Virus record (IMG/VR): IMGVR_UViG_2778261274_000007
Span: 1-44,196 of that record
DNA from: a virus
Lineage: Duplodnaviria > Heunggongvirae > Uroviricota > Caudoviricetes
DNA length: 44,196 nucleotides
Direction: 5' to 3' (one strand)
Positions 8,655 through 17,880 of this stretch are shown in pieces (within the stretch, counting starts at the first letter, position 1; every line of letters begins with the position of its first letter). A program made the translations under genes and the position numbers. Under the pieces are notes generated by a model, which saw only the letters and a program-made list of their open reading frames with translations, was not told the origin of the DNA and made no database searches.

Positions 8655-9585
8655 ATTAACCGGCTATGTATGGGATGGTTGCGCTGCGTCAGGCATGAAA
8701 TTATCCAGCGTGGCAATTATGGCCCGCCTGGCTGATTTCAGTAATGACGAAGGTGTGTGCTGGCCATCAATTGAAACCATTGCCCGTCAGATTGGCGCGG
8801 GGATGAGTACCGTCAGAACGGCTATCGCACGGCTGGAAGCAGAAGGCTGGTTAACGCGTAAGGCGCGTCGCCAGGGTAACCGCAATGCGTCGAATGTTTA
8901 TCAGCTTAACGTTGCGAAGCTTCAGGCAGCGGCATTTTCTCAATTGTCAGATTCTGACCCGTCAAAATCTGACGCATCAAAATCTGACCCGTCAAAATTT
9001 GATGCGTCGAAATCTGGCAAAAAAGCGGGTTTTCACCCGTCAGAATCTGGCGGGGATCCGTCAGTAAAATCAAAACATGATCCGTCAGATAAAAAAACTT
9101 CTCGTCCGGACGCTTCGCAACCGGACACGCAGACGGCTGAACAGGAGTTTTTAACTCGCCATCCTGATGCGGTTGTATTCAGCCCTAAAAAGCGCCAGTG
9201 GGGAACGCAGGATGATTTGACCTGCGCACAGTGGCTCTGGAAAAAAATCATCGCCCTGTACGAGCAGGCCGCCGAATGTGACGGCGAGGTGGTTCGTCCC
9301 AAAGAACCGAACTGGACAGCCTGGGCAAACGAAATTCGCCTGATGTGTGTGCAGGATGGTCGTACTCACAAACAAATCTGCGAGATGTACAGCCGCGTCA
9401 GCCGCGATCCGTTCTGGTGCCGTAACGTGCTCAGCCCGTCGAAGCTGCGGGAAAAATGGGATGAGCTTTCCCTGCGCTTATCGCCGTCCGTCAGCACGTA
9501 CACAGAAAAACGCGAAGACCCGTACTTCAAAGCCAGTTACGACAACGTGGACTACAGCCAGATCCCGGCAGGATTCAGGGGGTGA
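8644..9585 (+). CDS. Replication initiator, O-like (N-terminal HTH, DnaT-like C-terminus; 313 aa)
   Basis: Position after the cII-like gene; iteron array embedded in the coding sequence, encoding an SDPSKSDASKSDPSKFDASKS repeat. Confidence 0.7.
   Translation: MSTKLTGYVWDGCAASGMKLSSVAIMARLADFSNDEGVCWPSIETIARQIGAGMSTVRTAIARLEAEGWLTRKARRQGNRNASNVYQLNVAKLQAAAFSQLSDSDPSKSDASKSDPSKFDASKSGKKAGFHPSESGGDPSVKSKHDPSDKKTSRPDASQPDTQTAEQEFLTRHPDAVVFSPKKRQWGTQDDLTCAQWLWKKIIALYEQAAECDGEVVRPKEPNWTAWANEIRLMCVQDGRTHKQICEMYSRVSRDPFWCRNVLSPSKLREKWDELSLRLSPSVSTYTEKREDPYFKASYDNVDYSQIPAGFRG
8950..9100. repeat. Replication origin iterons inside the O-like gene
   Basis: About 7 tandem copies of CCGTCA(A/G)AATCTG-like units at roughly 15-16 bp spacing, followed by an A-rich stretch. 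Confidence 0.55.
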
Positions 9586-9587
9586 TC

Positions 9588-10076
9588 ATGAGTCTTTTGA
9601 ATGAAGTTCAGAAATACATTGAAGCCCATCCGGGGTGTACTTCCGGAGACATTGCGGATGCTTTTGCAGGTTACTCACGGCAGCGCGTTCTGCAGTCAGC
9701 AAGCAAGTTACGTCAGAGTGGGCGTGTGGCTCACCGTTGTGAAGGGGATACACGCAGACATTTCCCGCGCCTGACTGAGAGAGCGCAGGAGGCGGAACCG
9801 CAACCAGTTCGTGAAACCAGACCTGTGCGCAATTTCTATGTCGGCACTAACGACCCGCGGGAGATTTTGTGCCTGACCCGCCAGGCTGAAGAACTGGAGT
9901 CCAGGGGCTTATACCGTCGTGCTGCAACGGTGTGGATGGCGGCATTCCGTGAAAGCCACTCCCAGCCAGAACGAAACAATTTTCTGGCGCGTCGTGAGCA
10001 GTGTTTACGGAAAAGCAGCAAGCGCGCTGTATCGAGTGATGAGTGGTATCTGTCAGGGAATTACGTGGGGGCGTAA
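9588..10076 (+). CDS. Hypothetical protein, possibly a winged-helix / PerC-ANR-like regulator (162 aa)
   Basis: ORF; ATG at 9588 just after the O-like stop; weak resemblance only. Confidence 0.4.
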   Translation: MSLLNEVQKYIEAHPGCTSGDIADAFAGYSRQRVLQSASKLRQSGRVAHRCEGDTRRHFPRLTERAQEAEPQPVRETRPVRNFYVGTNDPREILCLTRQAEELESRGLYRRAATVWMAAFRESHSQPERNNFLARREQCLRKSSKRAVSSDEWYLSGNYVGA

Positions 10077-10402
10077 TGACGACGTTAACTCAATGCCAGC
10101 AGCAGGTGCTGGATATGCTGATTTCTTATCAGAAAGAGCGTGGCTTTCCGCCAACCAATCAGGAGGTGGCAACCATGCTGGGATACCGTTCAGTGAATGC
10201 AGCGGTAGAGCATCTTCGCGCACTGGAGAAAAAAGGCGTCATCACGATAAAGCGTGGCGTGGCCCGGGGGATAACGCTTCATACCGCGGTGAAGGACGAC
10301 GACAGCGAGGCGGTCGGGATTATCCGCGCACTGCTTGCCGGTGAGGAAAACGCAAGGCTGCGTGCAACCCACTGGTTACATGAGAGGGGCCTGAAAGTAT
10401 GA
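10076..10402 (+). CDS. LexA N-terminal DNA-binding-domain protein lacking the peptidase domain (108 aa)
   Basis: QQQVLDMLISYQKERGFPPTNQEVATMLGYRSVNAAVEHLRALEKKGVI resembles the LexA N-terminus; TAATG overlap with the upstream gene. Confidence 0.6.
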   Translation: MTTLTQCQQQVLDMLISYQKERGFPPTNQEVATMLGYRSVNAAVEHLRALEKKGVITIKRGVARGITLHTAVKDDDSEAVGIIRALLAGEENARLRATHWLHERGLKV

Positions 10403-10788
10403 AGCTGATCCTGCCTTTTCCGCCCAGCGTGAACACGTACTGGCGACACCCCAACAAAGGGGCGTTTGCAGGTAAGAGCCTGATAAGCGCGGCGGGGCGC
10501 AAATTCCAGAGCGCGGCGTGTGCAGCAATAGTTGAGCAGTTACGTCGTCTGCCAAAACCAACGTCGGCACCTGCTTCAGTGGAGATCGTGTTGTTTCCTC
10601 CGGATAACCGGATCCGCGATCTGGACAACTATAACAAGGCGCTGTTTGACGCCCTGACCCACGCGGGTGTGTGGGAAGACGACAGCCAGGTGAAAAGAAT
10701 GCTGGTGGAGTGGGGACCGGTTATCCCGGAAGGGAAGGTCGAGATCACTATCAGTAAGTACGAGAAAACGGCGGGTGCAGCCGCCTGA
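10399..10788 (+). CDS. rusA: Holliday-junction resolvase RusA (129 aa)
   Basis: RusA-family sequence and position in the nin-like region. Confidence 0.8.
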   Translation: MKLILPFPPSVNTYWRHPNKGAFAGKSLISAAGRKFQSAACAAIVEQLRRLPKPTSAPASVEIVLFPPDNRIRDLDNYNKALFDALTHAGVWEDDSQVKRMLVEWGPVIPEGKVEITISKYEKTAGAAA

Positions 10789-10807
10789 TCAAGAGGAGAA
10801 ACGAAGT

Positions 10808-11617
10808 ATGAATAATCTGATGGTCATTGATGGTATTGAAGTTCGTCGTGATGCTTATGGGCGTTACAGCCTGAACGATCTGCATCGCGCAGCAGTAGCA
10901 TCTGGTGCAAATGCCAGAACCAAGGAGCCGGGAAAGTTTCTTTCCAGCCAACAAACTGTTGAGCTTGTTCATGAATTGACCAACACCCAGAATTTGGGTG
11001 TTGACCCGGTGAGTGTGATTCATGGGGGAAATGAACGGGGAACTTATGTCTGCAAGGAACTGGTGTATGCCTATGCAATGTGGATCAGCCCGTCATTCCA
11101 TCTGAAGGTGATCCGTACTTTCGACATGGTAACCAGCGCACCGGAAAAATTATCCGGACAGGCTGCTGACAAGATGCAGGCTGGTGTGATTCTGCTGGAC
11201 TTTATGCGTCGGGAGTTAAACCTGTCTAACTCATCTGTGCTTGGTGCCTGTCAGAAACTCCAGGAGGCTGTTGGCTTACCGAATCTGGCACCGCGCTATG
11301 CCATTGATGCTCCTGCTGATGCACACGATGGCTCAAGTCGCCCGACACTGTCACTGAGTGCACTGCTGAAACAGTATGGTATCCGCCTGACGGCTAATCA
11401 GGCATATCACCAGATGGCGAAGCTGGGGATCGTTGAACAACGCGAACGATACAGTCGTACCGCGATTAACAACATCAAAAAATTCTGGTCGCTGACAGCG
11501 AAAGGCTGCATGTTCGGCAAGAACATCACCAGTCCCGCAAATCCGCGCGAGACGCAGCCGCATTTCTTCGAATCCCGATTCCCTGAGCTGTTAAAGCTGC
11601 TCGATACCGTTCATTGA
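10808..11617 (+). CDS. KilA-N domain protein (269 aa)
   Basis: N-terminal KilA-N-like sequence; GAGGAG RBS. Confidence 0.6.
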   Translation: MNNLMVIDGIEVRRDAYGRYSLNDLHRAAVASGANARTKEPGKFLSSQQTVELVHELTNTQNLGVDPVSVIHGGNERGTYVCKELVYAYAMWISPSFHLKVIRTFDMVTSAPEKLSGQAADKMQAGVILLDFMRRELNLSNSSVLGACQKLQEAVGLPNLAPRYAIDAPADAHDGSSRPTLSLSALLKQYGIRLTANQAYHQMAKLGIVEQRERYSRTAINNIKKFWSLTAKGCMFGKNITSPANPRETQPHFFESRFPELLKLLDTVH

Positions 11618-11618
11618 G

Positions 11619-12614
11619 GTGACCGTGAGAGCACTACTGACCCCTGAAATTGCCCCACGTATGGGGATCGTATTGTTCAGACCAGGTTCAGAGCTGATGC
11701 CCCTGTTTATGCAGGGGCGTGTCCTGCTGGAGCCTGAGCCGGAGCGTTATTCATCTTTCGCCAGTGGTGCCGTTCCGGCGGCATCACAACCGCTGGTGGA
11801 TGATCCTGCCGTTCGGGCCGTGTTCCGCAATGAGGCAGTGATCCGTCGTGCTGGTGGCGTGGAATGTCTTGAAAGCTGGTTACTTCGTGAAAAAGGCTGC
11901 CAGTGGCCTCATTCCGACTGGCACAGCGAGAACATGACCACAATGCGACACGCTCCGGGCGCAATCCGTCTGTGCTGGCACTGCGATAACCAGCTGCGCG
12001 ATCAGTTCACGGAACGGCTGGAATCAATGGCAACGGATAACTGTGCCCGCTGGGTGTTGTCTGTTGTGCGTCGGGATCTCGGTTTTGATGACAGTCACGT
12101 TGTGACAATGCCGGAACTGTGCTGGTGGCTGATTCGTAATGATCTGGCGGATGCCTTACCGGAAAGTGCAGCCCGTAAGGCACTGAGATTACCGAAGCCT
12201 TTTGTGCCGTCTGTCACCCGGGAAAGTGACCTTGTGCCTTCGGTTCCTGCCACCAGCATCATCCAGGATAAGGCGAAAAAGGTGCTGGCGCTGAAAGTGG
12301 ATCCGGAGTCGCCGGAGTCTTTTATGTTACGCCCAAAACGTCGCCGCTGGGTTAATGAAAAGTACACGCGCTGGGTTAAGACACAGCCGTGTGCATGTTG
12401 TGGAAAGCCTGCTGATGATCCCCACCACCTGATAGGCTACGGTCAGGGTGGGATGGGTACAAAAGCGCATGACCTCTTTGTGTTGCCTTTGTGCAGAAAG
12501 CATCACGACGAGCTGCATGCGGATACCGTGGCATTTGAAGAGAAGTATGGCTCCCAGCTGGAGCTGATATTTCGTTTTATCGATCGTGCGCTGGCAATTG
12601 GCGTGCTGGCCTGA
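11619..12614 (+). CDS. DUF968 (YdfU-like) protein with C-terminal Cys/His motif (331 aa, GTG start)
   Basis: C-terminal CACCGKPADDPHHL...PLCRKHHDELH. Confidence 0.55.
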   Translation: MTVRALLTPEIAPRMGIVLFRPGSELMPLFMQGRVLLEPEPERYSSFASGAVPAASQPLVDDPAVRAVFRNEAVIRRAGGVECLESWLLREKGCQWPHSDWHSENMTTMRHAPGAIRLCWHCDNQLRDQFTERLESMATDNCARWVLSVVRRDLGFDDSHVVTMPELCWWLIRNDLADALPESAARKALRLPKPFVPSVTRESDLVPSVPATSIIQDKAKKVLALKVDPESPESFMLRPKRRRWVNEKYTRWVKTQPCACCGKPADDPHHLIGYGQGGMGTKAHDLFVLPLCRKHHDELHADTVAFEEKYGSQLELIFRFIDRALAIGVLA

Positions 12615-12631
12615 TTTTGTGGAGAAAGTTG

Positions 12632-12979
12632 ATGCGTGATATGTATGAAGTATTGGACCGCTGGGGAGCATGGGCTGCAGCAGATAACAGTGGCGTGGAC
12701 TGGCAGCCGATAGCAGCAGGCTTCAAGGGGCTTTTACCTCATGGCAAAAAGTCCCGGATTCAGTGTGATGATGATGAGGGGCTCATGATCGATGGGTGCG
12801 TAGCTAGATTAAGAAAGTACAAACCAGAAGAGTATGAACTTATCGTTGCCCATTTTGTTATAGGAGTATCAATACGTACCATTGCAAAGAAAAGGAAATG
12901 TTCAGATGGGACTGTCAGAAAAGAATTGCAAGCCGCAATTGGATTTGTGGAAGGCGTATTTAGTATTTTAAATATGTAA
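12632..12979 (+). CDS. Q: Late antiterminator Q (phage 82/21 type; 115 aa)
   Basis: MRDMYEVLDRWGAWAA... N-terminus typical of Q82-type; GGAG RBS. Confidence 0.7.
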   Translation: MRDMYEVLDRWGAWAAADNSGVDWQPIAAGFKGLLPHGKKSRIQCDDDEGLMIDGCVARLRKYKPEEYELIVAHFVIGVSIRTIAKKRKCSDGTVRKELQAAIGFVEGVFSILNM

Positions 12980-12994
12980 GGGGCGGTGCCCCTT
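12978..12994. terminator. Stem-loop between the convergent Q and MBL genes (possible bidirectional terminator)
   Basis: AAGGGG-CGGTG-CCCCTT hairpin overlapping both stop codons; weak T-tract. Confidence 0.3.
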
Positions 12995-14084
12995 ATAAGC
13001 AAACAGCAGCGTAATGTGTTTCAACCTTAGGACTAGACGTTAAGCAATTACTAACAGCAACTATTCCAAATTTATTGTTATTATTTGAAAATGAAACTGA
13101 ACTTTTCATCTTCGCTAATATGCTCCGTGCTTCAGCAATCGCAGGTGATTTTTCTTGAGCGTTATCACTTTTAGGCATCGATGTACAGTATAATGCTGAT
13201 GATTTTGATTTGTAGAGGTCGATCATATCCTGCCGTGGTAGTGATGATTTATCATAAGTGGTTAAAATCGAAATAGGGCCTTTTTTGATTAGCTTGTTCC
13301 ATGTTTCCTCATGAAAGCCTGTTTGGGAACCGTGGTGTGGAAGTTTGAAAATACCTGCTAAGTTTGGTTCTGGACGATTTATTGCATTGCAAACGGAATT
13401 CCATCCAGTGTTTTTACTAACTTCTAAATCTGCGCCTAATAATACTTCATTATTTTCTGATGTTGGAGAGCATATTCTGATTACAACGCAGTAGTGATTA
13501 GGATTAACTAATTTAGCAGACATGGCTATTTCGCTAAAATTTGATGATAATTTTGTAGAGTTTGCGAATTCAAGATCAGAGTTTGTTATATCCATATCAG
13601 AAGGCGATAACGAATGTACTTGAATATTCTCGCTGCTTTTGAATAGTATGCAGTCTTTTTTTGCATGGACAAGACGATCATTTTTGTGCAAATCATAGAA
13701 TAAAGACATGACCTTGTTTATTTCTTTAGTTTTTGCCATATCCTCACCATTAACACTTAGTGCATTAATATATCCTCTAAATTCAGATGTGTTCAATGCT
13801 GCGCTAATTACAACTTTTGCATTTTTGCAACTATTAATAATTTCGGCTATCCCTTTAATATGATCATCGTGAAAATGACTAATGACTATCAGTTTTACTT
13901 CATCTTGTGGATTAACACCTTTTTCTTTCAGATAATCTAATGCTGCGGGGCGTTTATTATCATTTAAACAGGAATCAATAATCATCCATTCATTTAACCC
14001 AAGACGAACGGCAATTGATTCGCCAATACCTTTACCAAAAACAATTGTTTCACAGATAGAGTTTTGAACAGTAGGCACCTGCAT
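12993..14084 (-). CDS. MBL-fold metallo-hydrolase, ComEC/Rec2-like (363 aa), predicted nuclease
   Basis: HxHxDH motif (ISHFHDDHIKG) and downstream PHHGS motif; AT-rich. Confidence 0.6.
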   Translation of the reverse strand: MQVPTVQNSICETIVFGKGIGESIAVRLGLNEWMIIDSCLNDNKRPAALDYLKEKGVNPQDEVKLIVISHFHDDHIKGIAEIINSCKNAKVVISAALNTSEFRGYINALSVNGEDMAKTKEINKVMSLFYDLHKNDRLVHAKKDCILFKSSENIQVHSLSPSDMDITNSDLEFANSTKLSSNFSEIAMSAKLVNPNHYCVVIRICSPTSENNEVLLGADLEVSKNTGWNSVCNAINRPEPNLAGIFKLPHHGSQTGFHEETWNKLIKKGPISILTTYDKSSLPRQDMIDLYKSKSSALYCTSMPKSDNAQEKSPAIAEARSILAKMKSSVSFSNNNNKFGIVAVSNCLTSSPKVETHYAAVCL

Positions 14085-14107
14085 TCACCGTATTGCGTAA
14101 TTTCTAA

Positions 14108-14680
14108 TTATTGTTTAAAAATTCTTCTTAGGCGAAATTCGGATACTCTTTTTTCTTGTCCAAATAAAGTTTTTTCCATACCAACATACCAATAAAAAAT
14201 AGCGTTTTCGACAAGTTTTTGTTGATCGCTTTTACTAAATTCATCTGAAGAGAACGTTATCTCATCAATGAATTCATGAGAGTTTATATCATATACTCTA
14301 GCATGTATTTCTTTATTTGATTTCATATTGACAATTTTGTCAATTATACCATAAGTATCTAATGCCTTTTCAAGAAAGGTTATTTTTTCTTTAAGTCTTG
14401 CCTTGAGTTTTTTATGCTGAGTTCTATTTTTCACTCCTTTTTGTGTAGATGGGAATGGTTGCGGAGTAGGTATTTCAATTATATTTGTTGAATATTTTGT
14501 GCTGCAAGTTTCTTGCTGCTGTTCAAATGTTTCAGAATAATTTTCAAAACCTGTCTTAATTATACAGGAAAGAGTTATGTTGTGGGTCTTTACAAATGTT
14601 TCAATGTTTTTTTCTTTTTTTGTTACGCAACGTGTATTACTAAGGCTGGAAGAATTTTCAGGATAGGTTAATATATTCAT
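14108..14680 (-). CDS. Hypothetical protein (190 aa), middle gene of the AT-rich cassette
   Basis: ORF; start overlaps the upstream gene's stop (ATGA); no recognisable domain. Confidence 0.45.
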   Translation of the reverse strand: MNILTYPENSSSLSNTRCVTKKEKNIETFVKTHNITLSCIIKTGFENYSETFEQQQETCSTKYSTNIIEIPTPQPFPSTQKGVKNRTQHKKLKARLKEKITFLEKALDTYGIIDKIVNMKSNKEIHARVYDINSHEFIDEITFSSDEFSKSDQQKLVENAIFYWYVGMEKTLFGQEKRVSEFRLRRIFKQ

Positions 14681-15432
14681 GATAGAATCCGCTTAAACAT
14701 TTGTTCATGGCTGAGGATATCATTCTTAATTGCTGCGGAAATATGTTTTTGAATTATATTTGGGAGTAATTGAGTGAATGCAACAGCGTCACGAATATCT
14801 TTCAAAGCTAGATCGTGATTGTATTGAACATTTAAACCAAATACATCTGGACTAACTTTTCTATACGAAGCATAAGAGACATTGATAGCCTCTTTGTAAA
14901 TTGATTTATCTTCCTTGTTAGAGTTTTCTATTGCAATGACTAAATTTCTCATCCCATAATGATATTCAACTTCATCCTGAAGTATTTCTGATTTATTGTG
15001 TTCTTGCCAATAAATTTTGGGGACTAATGCATCTCCTAACTGATTCCAGTTGGTTTCATTATTAAAATGATAATCAAAAAGGGTGTTTATTCCAACAGCT
15101 TGTGTCTCAGAATGAGGAAACATAGAAAATATTGATGACACTAAGTCTGCCAAGGAATTTTCAAGCCCTGTTTTTTTCAGTTGAAATACTACTTTTGTTG
15201 GTATGCACGTAATCTCAATCCAACCGTAATCTGTTGTTATTGAATCACCATCAAAAGTTGTGTTTGAATTTGCTATATCTTCCTCTCTTAGCAAATCGTA
15301 TCTTCTAAACCATTCAGATGAAAACATCAATGGAGTAATGATGTTAGAGATCCATACAACATTAATCGTATGCTTAATAAGTTTGAAAGTCATAAATTGT
15401 TCTTGGCCCTCAGAATGAAAACCTAAGTGCAT
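14677..15432 (-). CDS. Hypothetical protein (251 aa), first gene of the AT-rich cassette
   Basis: ORF; weak RBS; no recognisable domain. Confidence 0.45.
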   Translation of the reverse strand: MHLGFHSEGQEQFMTFKLIKHTINVVWISNIITPLMFSSEWFRRYDLLREEDIANSNTTFDGDSITTDYGWIEITCIPTKVVFQLKKTGLENSLADLVSSIFSMFPHSETQAVGINTLFDYHFNNETNWNQLGDALVPKIYWQEHNKSEILQDEVEYHYGMRNLVIAIENSNKEDKSIYKEAINVSYASYRKVSPDVFGLNVQYNHDLALKDIRDAVAFTQLLPNIIQKHISAAIKNDILSHEQMFKRILS

Positions 15433-15598
15433 TTAGGCATAGCTACCGCACGACTGTTTTTAATAAAACAATCCGATTGATAGCTATAACCTATTGATGT
15501 CTAACGTTATAGTGCATAAGAAACATAGCAAAAATCTAACGCGTACGCAAAAATTCTTGTAATCTGTTAAGAGTGGTTACTTTGCCACGCAGATTAAC

Positions 15599-15626
15599 CC
15601 CGCCGATGAGCGGGTTTTGTTGTTTC
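15599..15626 (+). terminator. tR'-like terminator upstream of the lysis genes (expected target of Q antitermination)
   Basis: CCCGC-CGATGA-GCGGG hairpin followed by TTTTGTTGTTT. Confidence 0.4.
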
Positions 15627-15768
15627 TAGGCCTGGGTGTTCGTTGGGGTTGGTCTATCCCGTAGTTACCTGTGGCTCGGCTTCTTTTACGTTTCCGCTTC
15701 TGATTTGCGGTTCGTGGTACTCCCTCAATTTGCACCTCCTGTATCGGCGAGGTGAGAGATAACTACAA

Positions 15769-16095
15769 ATGCCTCATAACCCAAATACCTGGCTGGAGTT
15801 GGTCCAGAGCTGGTGGCGTGGAGACACACCGCTGGGCGCAGTGATTATGTCGATCGTTATGGCTGGCTTGCGCATTGCCTATTTTGGCGGTGGTGGTGGC
15901 TGGAAGCGAAAAACGCTCGAGATTTTGCTCTGTGGCGCTTTGACGCTGACCTTTGCATCCGCTCTTGAGTATGTCGGATGGCCTAAATCGCTTTCTGTTG
16001 CCATTGGTGGCGGTGTTGGGCTGATCGGTGTCGATGCTATTCGTGGGGCTGCAATGCGAGTAATCGGTAACAAATTTGGTAGCACGAAGGAGTAA
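15769..16095 (+). CDS. Holin, class I, lambda S-like (108 aa)
   Basis: Three hydrophobic segments; immediately upstream of the endolysin. Confidence 0.7.
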   Translation: MPHNPNTWLELVQSWWRGDTPLGAVIMSIVMAGLRIAYFGGGGGWKRKTLEILLCGALTLTFASALEYVGWPKSLSVAIGGGVGLIGVDAIRGAAMRVIGNKFGSTKE

Positions 16096-16098
16096 TTT

Positions 16099-16575
16099 AT
16101 GCAGGCACTAAATTCCCAGCGTAAAGCTTTCCTCGATATGGTGGCATGGTCAGAAGGAACGGATAACGGGCGACAACCGACACGTAACCACGGTTATGAC
16201 GTTATTGTCGGTGGTGAACTGTTTACTGATTACTCCGATCATCCTCGCAAACTTGTCACGCTAAACCCGAAACTCAAATCAACAGCAGCCGGACGTTACC
16301 AGCTTCTTTCCCGTTGGTGGGATGCCTACCGCAAGCAGCTAGGGCTGAAAGACTTCTCTCCCAGAAGCCAGGACTCCGTGGCATTACAGCAGATTAAAGA
16401 GTGTGGCGCTTTAACGATGATTGATCGCGGTGATATCCGTCAGGCTATCGACCGTTGCAGCAATATCTGGGCGTCGCTACCTGGTGCAGGTTACGGTCAG
16501 TATGAACATAAAATCGGTGACCTGATTTCCCGGTTTAAAGAGGCTGGTGGGGTGGTAAATGAAGTTGAGCTATAA
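16099..16575 (+). CDS. R: Endolysin, lambda R-type lytic transglycosylase (158 aa)
   Basis: Close match to lambda R (QRKAFLDMxAWSEGTDNGRQ...). Confidence 0.9.
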   Translation: MQALNSQRKAFLDMVAWSEGTDNGRQPTRNHGYDVIVGGELFTDYSDHPRKLVTLNPKLKSTAAGRYQLLSRWWDAYRKQLGLKDFSPRSQDSVALQQIKECGALTMIDRGDIRQAIDRCSNIWASLPGAGYGQYEHKIGDLISRFKEAGGVVNEVEL

Positions 16576-16951
16576 GCTGGTTATCGCTGCATTCTTCTTT
16601 ACCGTCATCGGTTCTTTCATCTGGTCTGCCAACCACTACTACAGCAAATATCAGCACGAAAAGAAACGTGCTGATGAGGCTGTACGAAATGCTGAATCAG
16701 CAACAGCCATTACCAATAACGTCCTGCAATCACTACAAATCGTCAATACAGTTCTGGAGGCTAACCAGCATGCAAAACAGCAGATCGCACTGGAGTCACA
16801 GAGAACCCAGGAAGATATCAAAGTGGCTGTTGAGAATGATGATTGCGCTTCACGTGCTGTGCCTGCTGCCGCTGCTGACCGGTTGCGGAAGTACGCGGAC
16901 AGTTTACGTGCAGGTTCCAACGATGCCGTTACCGGCGAACCTGCTCGCTGA
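16559..16951 (+). CDS. Rz: i-spanin Rz (130 aa)
   Basis: N-terminal TM segment; overlaps the end of R; follows the endolysin. Confidence 0.65.
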   Translation: MKLSYKLVIAAFFFTVIGSFIWSANHYYSKYQHEKKRADEAVRNAESATAITNNVLQSLQIVNTVLEANQHAKQQIALESQRTQEDIKVAVENDDCASRAVPAAAADRLRKYADSLRAGSNDAVTGEPAR

Positions 16952-17111
16952 AACTCCACAGCCAGTTATCCCCAATCCTCTGACTTATGGAGGTAGCCTA
17001 GATTTAAATGTCAGTTTATTGTCGGCATTATGGCAGTGCAATTTGGATAAAGCGGGGATTAGAAAGATAGAGGCGAGCCGGTCAGGTAGAAGTGAATCAG
17101 GCTCAAAGTGA
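16836..17111 (+). CDS. Rz1: o-spanin Rz1 lipoprotein (91 aa), +1 frame overlapping Rz
   Basis: Lipobox LLTGC and Pro-rich mature region; starts inside Rz and extends past it. Confidence 0.55.
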   Translation: MMIALHVLCLLPLLTGCGSTRTVYVQVPTMPLPANLLAETPQPVIPNPLTYGGSLDLNVSLLSALWQCNLDKAGIRKIEASRSGRSESGSK

Positions 17112-17403
17112 AGCGGAAAAGCTCTTTGGCATAAGGTGACGTAATAATAATTACAGTCAACTGACTTTTGGAACGAAACATGTTTAACCTCCTTAATTGA
17201 TGTTATTCGAGTGATGAAGGCATTCTGTCCTTCTGTAGTGTCCAGTAAATCAAACAGGAAACTTGTCCAACGTGTTGGACAAGCCTCTCCATTAGTGAGT
17301 TGTATTGATCACAACTCTACAAAGAATTCATTACTGGGTAGATGAAAATAGTTTCACGATGAATGGAGGAGGCTATGTCGGTGGCTTCTTCATTGGAGTA
17401 CAT

Positions 17404-17754
17404 ATGCCATCACGAATCCCAAAAGCCTGCCGTGTTCGTGGCTGCCGCCATACCACCACAGACCCGTCAGGCTACTGCGAAAGCCACAAAAGCGAAGGCT
17501 GGAAGCAATACAAGCCAGGCCAGTCCCGTCATCAGCGCGGCTACGGTTCGAAATGGGATGCTATCCGTGAACGTGTACTGCAACGTGACAAAGGCCTGTG
17601 TCAGTTATGTCTGCGTGCCGGTGTGGTGCGTGAGGCGAAAACCGTTGACCACATCATCCCTAAAGCACATGGCGGCACTGATGCCGACAGTAATCTGCAG
17701 AGTCTGTGCTGGCCGTGTCATAAGGCGAAGACGGCCCGTGAACGGTTAAAGTGA
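17404..17754 (+). CDS. HNH endonuclease associated with the terminase (116 aa)
   Basis: HNH motif (VDHIIPKAHGG...N...CWPCH); GGAG RBS. Confidence 0.75.
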   Translation: MPSRIPKACRVRGCRHTTTDPSGYCESHKSEGWKQYKPGQSRHQRGYGSKWDAIRERVLQRDKGLCQLCLRAGVVREAKTVDHIIPKAHGGTDADSNLQSLCWPCHKAKTARERLK

Positions 17755-17880
17755 TAATAATTCTCAACTGTCTGTGGGGGAGGGGCGGGTCAAATCCCTG
17801 TGACCTGACGTCTTCCGGACTGCCCGCCCCATCGTTTTTTTATACCCGCGAAAAATGAAATTTAACCAGGAGTGCCGCAT

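Noticed and set aside
8950-9100. Short tandem repeats that could be taken for a CRISPR array
   Set aside because: Units are about 15 bp, irregular, lie entirely inside the O-like coding sequence and there are no cas genes; they read as origin iterons.
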